Origin: Lingula anatina
Taxonomy: Eukaryota; Animalia; Brachiopoda
Length of the DNA: 64,000 bases
Direction of reading: 5' to 3'
NCBI GenBank assembly: GCA_051362555.1
Contig: JBPQGU010000016.1
Span: forward strand, 5,642,001-5,706,000
Below, in pieces: positions 54,926-64,000 of the stretch. The number at the start of each line of letters is the position of its first letter. The stretch's first letter is position 1. Both the position numbers and the translations under genes were made by a program. Below the pieces are notes generated by a model that saw only the letters and a program-made list of their open reading frames with translations, was not told the DNA's origin and made no database searches.

Positions 54926-55890
54926 TTTTTGTACAGACACTGTAAGTGTCTGTATATATTCAGAACACTGTCTGTCCTTGTTGTCTTCATTTGCATTGAT
55001 GTTGCCATCACTTTCACCCCCAAAACATCAGTCTCTACTATTACCACACTGTACAACTATTGAGTAGCATTGTCTGGTAAAAAGGGGTTCCTTTCAAATG
55101 TTGACATGATCGGATTATATTTACAAAAGTTATTTCTTTGTGTTTACAAACATTATTTCTTTGTGTGTGTTTTTACGCGTTAAATGTATTTGGTGATGTG
55201 TGCCATATAAGTGCCAAACTATTTTTGTTTTCCTTAAAAATTAATGAGTGGTTTTTTATGTAAACAATGCAGAGTTCTGTCAAATATTTGCATTATTTTA
55301 TTTGTGCAAAAGTTCAAAAAGTTTTTTAAAAAGTTTTTTCTTTCTTTTTTTTTTTTTCATTTATTTTCTCATAAGTGCCAAACCTTATTCTTGTTTTACT
55401 TCAAACTTGCTGAGTGGTTTTGTATGTTATTATAGTGGGTTCCTTTTGAAAGTCCGTATAATTGCAGTATTTTTATGAACATTATTGATTTTTTTACTTG
55501 TATTTTGGTGATGTTTGTACCATAAGTGCCAAACCATGCTTCTGTTTTACTGCAAACTTTTAAAGTGGTTTTTAATGTAAATAAAACTGGTTCCTTTTAA
55601 AAATCAGAAAAATTGGATTATTTTTATGATTGTTAATGATTTTTGTGAATATTTTGCGTGTATTTTGGCAACATTTGCCCCATAAGTACTACAGTACCAA
55701 AGTGTTTTTTTTTTTACTTCAAATTTGCTGAGTGACTTTGTATACTGTAATAAGACAGGTTTCTTCTGAGAGTCAGCATGTTCAAATTATTTTTACAAAT
55801 GATATTGACTTTTTAATTTGCATATATTGTTGCAGTGTTTATTTGCAGTTTGGTGTCTGTATATTTGCCACCCTTACTGTCTAATTATTC
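54926..55890 (+). mobile_element. Old HINE-like copy with about 5 decayed ~150-160-bp units
   Basis: Head TGTACAGACAC-TGTAA-GTGTCTGTAT and tail GTGTCTGTATATTTGCCAC. The recurring motif CATAAGTGCCAAAC occurs at about 55205, 55370, 55521 and 55681. Confidence 0.7.
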
Positions 55891-56117
55891 ACAAAAGTTA
55901 ATCAGCATCAGCTCTCTACAATGTCACCGATGTCTCCCACATTAAAAAATATCAGTTCTATACAACTATTTACCAGTACTATAAATGGTGTTGTTATTGT
56001 GTTACCTGGAATTTGCAGGGAGTGTATGAATGGTTAAGAACAAGACTGAAAAGTGAAAAAAATGGCATAACTGTACATTGTACTGCTACTGCATAAGTTA
56101 CCCGTTCTTTATGAGTG

Positions 56118-56159
<42 letters not shown>

Positions 56160-56333
56160 TTGTTTTTCCCATAAGTGTTAAGCCCTTCCTTTGTTTTAGT
56201 TGAAAGATGCTTACTTTCAGTATGATAAAAATGATCATGAGATAGTTTAGCTTGATAAATCTGCAAGAGTAATTCTAATGAGATTTCTTTCTCTTCCTGT
56301 GTCGTTAATTTCTTCTAACACATACTTTATACT

Positions 56334-57297
56334 CAGGCCTTCCCAACTACCAGACTCGGCACCTACGGGTCCAGAATAAACCGGTATATCTGATCACACT
56401 ACCCGTTTTCAAGGTGTGTGTCAGATCGCATAAAAGAGTATCATACCCTATCACAAATTCTGTAAGCCTACCTGTCATCCGGGTATCGCGCCTCGTTTTC
56501 GTCAAGTAGGAGTCGTATGAATACAACAGACGACTCCCTCAATCAGGGGGTGGAAACGCGCTACTTATATGATTAAGACGAGCCTAGCCGTCAGTACCGG
56601 TTATTGTTTTATGACCTTGAGGAGCAATTAGGTTTGGTCGTTGCGGCACGCATGAACAGTAGTTGAACTTCCACACCTGGGTCTTTTGTTTTTGACAACT
56701 GTTCACTCGTCATCGAGGCGCTTGTTGAAGACTACAGGCTGATATCTACTAGTACTACCAGTGGCTTCATTAGTAACGTTCCCACAATACTTAAGTTTTC
56801 TGTCCGTGCGTACAAACCCTGAAAAAGGACAGCCTCGCTGACGAGAACAATGGACGTTTCTCACCCCTCTCTAGGATTACCCCTGCCCTCAATCTCGTCC
56901 ATCCCGGTAGTCATGAAAATATTTAACCCCCGACAGAATATGCTTCCGCTATCAAAATTAGGTCTCCTTTTCTAAATTAATATATAAGTTTGCAAGTTCT
57001 TATTTACAAAACATCATTGGCTATGTCCGAACCTAAATTTTATGTTAAAAATTGCTGTACTGTCAGATTTTAGCATAAACAGAGAAAATTGCAGCAGCGC
57101 ATGAATCTAGATGAGATGCACTACTTTCCAACCCCGCTTAGGATCATTGCTATCACATCGCGCACCAGGCAAAATCGGTGTTGTGGCTGATACTCTGTAA
57201 TGCGATCTGACACACACCTTGTAAACGGGCAGTGTGGTCTGATAAACCGGTTTATACTGGACCCGTAGGTGCCGAGTCTGGTAGTTGGGAAGGCCTG
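56334..57297. mobile_element. Non-autonomous DNA transposon, 964 bp, 110-bp TIRs, 5-bp TSD (ATACT)
   Basis: ATACT|CAGGCCTTCCCAACTACCAGACTCGGCACCTACGGGTCCAG… and …CTGGACCCGTAGGTGCCGAGTCTGGTAGTTGGGAAGGCCTG|ATACT. TIRs are 56334-56443 and 57188-57297; the interior is CpG-rich. Confidence 0.9.
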
Positions 57298-58772
57298 ATA
57301 CTATAGCAAGTCTACAGTGCACAAACACATACTAGATTTTGTATATCGCCTGGAAAAGAAATGTTAATAAAAACATTAGTAGATTTTATACTTCATTGAT
57401 GGTAAAGTGTTATTAGGAAATTATTCTTCGTAAACTGTCAAATTGGAATTATTCCCTCTGTTATTTAATGAGAATTGGGAAGTGATTAATTCATTTAAAA
57501 CTGTCTATATGTGGGTCCCTTAATTAATGAGCTTTTAGAATCAGTTTTGTTGAAACCTCAGAATTGGATCCTCTGTTAATGATAAACTGGGAAATGATAC
57601 TCTGTAAAATGTATTTTATTGCTGTGTTAATGTGAAAGAGAAAGTGTTTTCTCCTGCAGAAACTGAAGAGTTTGCTACTTAATCCTAGGCCTGAGCATTA
57701 AAGACTGCTTGACTGAAGATACTCTCTTATAATGTGGTTTATATTCTTATTATGGCAAGATCTTTTACAACAGAAACATAATATTTTGCATTTACTTTTA
57801 AAGGTAATAAGAGTATTTCATTCTTATGCAGTACGTTTCAGTTAGACCAATACTAGTAATGAAAAAAAAAAACATTCTGTTACCAAATTATCAAAATTCA
57901 TTGAAACATGAAATACACATCTTTGCTGAACATGCCAATTTCTTTAAATCATTATTTATAAATAATGAAATTCAAAAAGAGACTTTGGTTTAATGACTTT
58001 GCATGGCTCACGCACAAGTGTGTAGCATAGTCACTGTTCAAATGGAGGACACAAGGAAGAGGAAGCACAGAATTCACTCCATTTTGGGGGTTTCTGGGGT
58101 ATCATGATACCCTGTTTAGATGTATTTTAAAAGATTCCAGAGCTTGTTTTTCAAGAGAAGTGTCTGCAAATTCATTCTAAGTAAAGAACACTGCTCTGTG
58201 CATTGCAAGTACCTTAGAGAGTAAAAATGTCTTAGTCACCCAAACTCATAGATGTATTTCTACTTGAGAGAGAACTGCTTTTGACAGATCCCTCCTCAGT
58301 AATTTAGGGGCTATCTGACAGTTTATCATAAGCACTCTCCTCTGGAAAATTTTGATTCTCTTTGCCAATAAACTACACTCTATGAATAAACTAATACAAG
58401 AAAGCACTTTCTTGGAGAGCCGACCTTAGCAAATAAAAGGGCAGGATAGCACCAACATGAAGAATTAGCTCTTAGTTTTTATGTGACTTTTTATATCATT
58501 AAAGATGTTGTATTGGTTGGGGTGATATATAATCATGATTTATAGCAGTAACTGTTTGTCTGTTGTTTCACTGTAAATTAACCTATTATTTAGCTTTTGT
58601 TTGCCTTGGCCATAATGTTCACAGAAACATTGTTCAGTTTGTAATAAAAGAAGTATGAGCTAAATGTCAATTTGCAAAAAATGTGTTCTCTATAACATTT
58701 AAGTTGATTTTTTTTTAGTTCATTTTTTCTGTTGTGTCTCAGTATATAGTAATTGGATGGGGATATTTTATC

Positions 58773-58914
58773 AGATATAAGTACATGTGATTCATGCAGA
58801 TATAAGTACATATGTTTCATGTAGATATAAGAAGATATGTTTCATGTAGATATAAGAAGATATGTTTCATGTAGATATAAGAAGATATGTTTCATGTAGA
58901 TATAAGAAGATATG
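58773..58914. repeat. 25-bp minisatellite, about 5.5 copies
   Basis: AGATATAAGAAGATATGTTTCATGT repeated in tandem. Confidence 0.9.
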
Positions 58915-60044
58915 AGGCTGTGTTACCACCTGTGTGGCCAGTTTACCTTACTCTGCAGGTAGCTGCCAGATGACTGACAGTATGACATTCCAGAGGAACC
59001 TTTTGGTAATGGCTGCACAGTGGGAAGAAAAGCCTACAGCCCACTTGTACAAAAATGCCATATAAGGTAACATTCAGTAAAATGATCTTTATTTACTAAT
59101 TGTCTCCAGGCTTTCTTGTATGTTCCCAACTTGTTTTGAAATCTTCAAGTGGTCTGTGTTATGGTACCTTGGCACAAACGCTGCTTATGCCACTCATTGT
59201 TTAAGGAGGGAGAATGAATTAATGGTTTTCACCTAAAATTGTAATTATGTTTTGTTGTACTTTGTTTTAACAATTATCCTTCAACTGATGTAAAGAAATC
59301 TATGCCATTGCTTAAAAAGATGTTTTATCAAATAAATTCATCAAAAGTATGTAGTGAAAATATATATATAGGTGATTGCATATTTATCTGTGTTAATAAC
59401 ACAGAAAAAGTTTGTTTGCAGCTGGTAAATCACTACCAGCAACCCTGATATGACATACAGGTAGCTACATGTACAGGTGAGAGAACAGATCTAAACAGGC
59501 TCAGTTGGGAGTTCACCAAAATGTCACTCACTGCTTATAGACTATATATCATGTCCAGAAGGTTTAATGGATATAATTTCTCATTTTTGAAAGTTTGGAA
59601 GAAACTGGCTTCAGGTATGATTTGCTGACCATTTGAGATATTATCTTGAACCATTTTATGGTTTTGTAGGTACACATAGATTGAGTGCAGATTGATTTCT
59701 GAATTTTTATCTCTGCCAAGGAAGTGGTTTTCACTTGACTGCAGCAATCATACCTGTGCCAAAACTGAACTCTGCTCTATCCTTTAAGGGTGGCTCTTAT
59801 GCCTGTGTCGAGTGTTGAAGAAGCTTGTTTTACCATACATTAAATCATTAGTGCCAAAAGATCTTGATCCCTAAATTGTAGCATGGAGGATGCTGTCAAC
59901 ATGTGTTTGCATAAGATCTTAGGACACTTGGACAAGAAAAAACTGCTATCACATACATGTACATGTATTTTATTAATTGACTTTACTTCTGCCTTCAAAC
60001 ACAATTGCTCCTTTAGATTATATTTTAAGCTCTGAATAACCTTA

Positions 60045-60249
60045 GAGGGCATTCCCAGAGATTTAGATCGATCTTACTAGATCGACCTAATTCCCTGGGG
60101 GTTCTCGCTAATTTGCAGTCAGCCGACTGCGCACAGAAGTTAATTACACCCTTACAGCTTTTAGTAGGCGGGACAGACATTTAAGCCGGATTATCTGAGT
60201 GAGACTCCCTGCGGGGATAGATCGATCAAAAATCTATGGGAATGTGCCC
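60045..60249. mobile_element. PIF/Harbinger-like fold-back MITE, TTA TSD, nested in the LINE
   Basis: TTA|GAGGGCATTCCCA … TGGGAATGTGCCC|TTA; reverse complement of 43342-43556. Confidence 0.88.
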
Positions 60250-60952
60250 TTAATCTCCCATTGTTCATTTACAACTGGATTTTAATTTTTCCTGGTGACC
60301 TTATCATAAGAAGACAAGCTGTCAGAGTAGGTTCAAAAACATCCAAATGTAAAAATTTTGAAAACCGGATGCCCACGGAGCTGTGTGTTATCTCTCTGCC
60401 TCTTCTCAATTTTTACCCATGATTTTGTAACAAATGTTCAAGGTTCATTTTTAATGAAATATGTGGACAATACAATGTCAGTTGGTCTTGTAAGCGAGAA
60501 TGATGAGAGTATATAACTACCTGTATAAAGAGATAATTGACTGGGTGATGCAAATGTCTTGGTTTTAAATGCTGGCAAAACAAGAATGTTAGTGAAAGAC
60601 TTAAAAAAGAACAAAAATATCAAGTCACCAAATTTTATTAAGGATACTGATCGAGGTACAAAGGGTTGATAAGTTTAAGTTTTTAAAGGCTCTACATGAA
60701 TAGCAATTTAACTTGGCACACAAATTCTGAAAAAATAGCTAAAAAGGCAGAAAGCTTATTTTTTAAGGAAGCTTAAGAGTTTTAGTAGCACACCAAGTAT
60801 TTTAATCAACTTTTACAGAGTTACTGTAGAGAGCATTTTAACATTTGCTGTAATTACATGGTTTGGTGGTGCCATTGGGGAAACTGAGTAGAATTTTTAA
60901 GATGTCCATTAAGATAATTGGCCATGAACTACCATCTGTTGAGAGTGTCTAT

Positions 60953-61209
60953 GGCTGGGTTCCCATCCCTAGATCGACCTAATAGGATCGATCCATCTCC
61001 AAGGGGACCCTCGCTAAATTGCTTTCAGCTTAAGCGGCTTAGATATCTGGCATGCCTACTGAAGCTGCAAAATGATAATCAATTACCCCCTAGCAGCTAC
61101 AGTAGCCATGTCAGACATCCAAGCTGCTTAAGTTAATTGCAATTTAGTGAGAATCCCCTTAGAGATAGATTGATCCAAAGTTAGTACAATAGGGGCTGGG
61201 AATGGTCCC
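60953..61209. mobile_element. Fold-back MITE nested in the LINE, apparent TAT TSD
   Basis: TAT|GGCTGGGTTCCCA … TGGGAATGGTCCC|TAT, with inverted internal arms; sister of 48915-49172. Confidence 0.78.
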
Positions 61210-62059
61210 TATGGCGCGAGACTAGAGAGAGATTTTTGCCAAGTCACAAGAGACTTTTAACTTTTAAAGGAAATAAGAGGTTTTTAAAAAGTGTTTGCTC
61301 TCTAGCCATTTCCAGTTTTAAATTAAAAAAAAATTAATTCTTATTACCTTTTAATGCAGGTATATACCTGGTACATTATATTTTCACATCTAAAACTTTT
61401 GGATTTTATTTATCATAATAATTTTTAATTACTTTTCAGAGCTCCATCACTATTCAAATTTCTGATATATATTTATCATTTTTAATGTCTGAATTGGGAA
61501 AGATGGAAAATGTGACTCTAGGACATTTTAATCTGTGGCACATTTAAGTAAGGTACCTTTAACATTGGCCTGTTGTACCATGGGAATGTTTAACTTAATT
61601 TGTATTGTATGTCAGACATTTGTTAAAAGGTAAAATTGAAACAAAATTCGATTGAAGAAACTCCAGTTCCAAAAAAGAAAATACAATGAATGTACAATGA
61701 AGAAAATACAATGAAAATGTCAGAATCAGGAACTGAGAGTGTCTCATTTTCAGATCAATGTGGTGAACATGCAGTGTTTCCATCTGCACCTTTGCAAGAT
61801 TTGAGAAGGTTGCTCAGAATCTGGTGTCTTCATTTGGCCTCTCAGACAAGTTGCTATCACTTTTCTGTACCGTGTGTGTGCATGTATATATATGTGTGTG
61901 TATATGTGCGCGCACACACATACATGTGTGAGTAAATTGATTCTGACAGTATGTCAGTCTCATAATTGTGATGGAGAAGAATAGTCTTTGTTTGATGTAG
62001 ATGTTATCCTCATATGTGGAGTCTAGTCAACAAATATGTTTTATGGGACAAAGGACTTT

Positions 62060-64000
62060 TTTTATTGTACCACCAGCGTTAGCGCTGGCGGTACACATGG
62101 TTTCGGTCCCGTCCGGATCGTTCCGCCGGCTCCGTTGGCTCCGCCGGCTCTGCTGGCTCCGCCGGACGGCTACCGTTACCGCTTCTCCTCCTAGACGGTA
62201 AGGGCCCCCGTACCCATCTCATGGATATAGGTCACCTATAATCTCAACTCGTTCCACGTAAAATTTGGGCTTTGTCGGTATTGGGGTCTGGGTGTGGCAC
62301 TCATTGCAATGCACCCTTGTCTAAAAATGGCAAAATTAAATGCTAATTATCTACCCTACGGAAGGAGTTATGGGAAAAATTTCTATAGACGGCTTTCCAA
62401 AAGTCATATGTGTAGATTTCAAATATACCCTTGGATTTGACCTTTGACCTCTACTTCAAGGTTAAATGGGCCAAAATTTTCAAAAAAATGAAATTTTTTA
62501 CGAAAAAAATTTTTTTTGCCCTGTTATTCAGACACCACACAGACTTAACCAATAATATTATTGGAAAGTGTTACCCTTCAGGTCATCTTTCATCTCCATG
62601 AATTTGGGGTCAATCGGTGCATTTTCACGGGAGTAGCGGCCATAAGATACCAAAACTGAAAACTGTCTCTAATTCAGGAACCGTTAATGCTAGAGACCCA
62701 TTCTTTTTTGCATTTTGTAGAGCATGTAAAGCCCAACACTGAATTTGGTCTCGGTTTTTTTGTATTCCATACGGTTTTCGAGTTACGCTGTATCAAAAAG
62801 TACATATTGGTGGTAAAAGCAAAATGTGCAGTACGGTAATGGATAATAAATTTTGAACTCTGGAAAAATAAAACATAAGGCTTGGCAAAGCAGACAACTT
62901 GTGTTCAAAAATGACATTATTTCATCAAATTTGAACTTCTGAAACTTTCAGAGCACCTCCTATTTCAAGAATTTTGACCAAAATGACATTTTCTTTATTT
63001 TAATTAATTTTTTCTGTACGAAATTTAAGGCACATTATGGTAACTCCAAAATTATAACATCTAGTCCCTTATATCTCCAAAACTGGCAGAGATAGGTCCA
63101 TAGTTACTATTGAAGTTGAATAGGAAGTCATATACTGGCAATCTTACTATGACCTTGAAATTGACCTTTGACCTACTTTTCACCATGAACTGAACTTTGC
63201 AAATTTTTCTTCCCTTTTATCTCCAAAACTGGCAGAGATAGGTCCATAGTTACTATTGAACTTGAATAGGAAGTCATATACTGGCAATCTAAATGTGACC
63301 TTAAAATTGACCTTTGACCTACTTTACACCATGAACTGAATTTTGCAAATTTTGCTTTCCTTTTATCTCCAAAACTGGCTGAGATAGGTCCGTAGTTACT
63401 ATTGAACTTGAATAGGAAGTCATATACTGGCAATCTAAATGTGACCTTAAAATTGACCTTTGACCTACTTTTCACCATAAACTGAACTTTGCAAATTTTG
63501 CTTCCCTTTTATCTCCAAAACTGGCAGAGATAGGTCCGTAGTTACTATTGAAGTTGAATAGGAAGTCATATACTGGCAATCTAAATGTGACCTTATAATT
63601 GACCTTTGACCTACTTTACACCATGAACTGAATTTTGCAAATTTTGCTTTCCTTTTATCTCCAAAACTGGCTGAGATAGGTCCGTAGTTACTATTGAACT
63701 TGAATAGGAAGTCATATACTGGCAATCTAAATGTGACCTTAAAATTGACCTTTGACCTACTTTACACCATAAACTGAACTTTGCAAATTTTGCTTCCCTT
63801 TTATCTCCAAAACTGGCAGAGATAGGTCCATAGTTACTATTGAACTTGAATAGGAAGTCATATACTGGCAATCTAAATGTGACCTTAAAATTGACCTTTG
63901 ACCTACTTTACACCATGAACTGAATTTTGCAAATTTTGCTTTCCTTTTATCTCCAAAACTGGCTGAGATAGGTCCGTAGTTACTATTGAACTTGAATAGG
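62060..64000 (+). mobile_element. Young HINE/Helitron-like element of a second family, with 146-bp satellite; runs off the right edge
   Basis: T-run, then 5' palindrome TGTACCACCAGCG-TTAG-CGCTGGCGGTACA and (GGCTCCGCC)n-like simple repeats. These are followed by a CpG-rich body and a TGACCT-rich tandem array. The 3' end is not in the window. Confidence 0.7.
63073..64000 (+). repeat. 146-bp tandem satellite, at least 6.3 units, with alternating variants (292-bp dimer)
   Basis: ATCTCCAAAACTGGC starts at 63073, 63219, 63365, 63511, 63657, 63803 and 63949. Confidence 0.95.

Larger units (their letters stand above)
59590..61260 (+). mobile_element. Decayed Rex1/Babar-like LINE (RT domain) interrupted by two MITEs
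   Basis: Frameshifted RT motifs in correct order: AIIPVPK, VALMPV…KLVLPYIKSLVPKDLDP, MEDAVNMCLHKILGHLD, DFTSAF, GCPRSCVLSLCLFSIFTHD, KYVDNTMSVGLVSENDES, RVDKFKFL, NLTWHTN, LRKLKSF…ILINFYRVTVESILTFAVITWFG. The last motif is characteristic of Rex/Babar. Confidence 0.85.

Noticed and set aside
58959-59066. Plus-strand segment with acceptor- and donor-like ends
   Set aside because: It has stop codons in all three frames, so it could only be a UTR exon, and there is no further support.
63173-63871. Three similar minus-strand ORFs of 86-101 aa
   Set aside because: They are artefacts of the 146-bp satellite periodicity.

Overview
AT-rich metazoan genomic DNA, probably lophotrochozoan/molluscan judging from the repeat families (inference). 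No prokaryotic features were found. Bases 190-9238 hold the 5' 19 coding exons of a minus-strand TTC13 orthologue. I reconstructed the splice sites by hand, all phases are consistent, and the gene runs off the left edge. Its introns carry two oddities: a 13-copy minisatellite built from an exon end plus its splice donor, and a partial exon duplication joined by the tail of a Helentron-type element. A single-coding-exon class A GPCR (moody/Tre1/melatonin-receptor-like, with several canonical motifs altered) lies on the minus strand at 22806-24053. The rest is non-coding and repeat-rich: Helentron-associated (HINE-like) elements with 161-bp and 146-bp internal satellites, Kolobok-like MITEs (TTAA target-site duplication, TSD), Harbinger-like fold-back MITEs (TWA TSD), a 964-bp element with 110-bp terminal inverted repeats (TIRs) and a 5-bp TSD, a tRNA-derived SINE, decayed L2-like and Rex/Babar-like LINEs, and mini/microsatellites. 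Weak evidence suggests a divergent plus-strand gene with a very long intron hosting the GPCR. I see no clearly new multi-gene system; the best leads are the repeat/splice-site interactions in TTC13 and the atypical GPCR.
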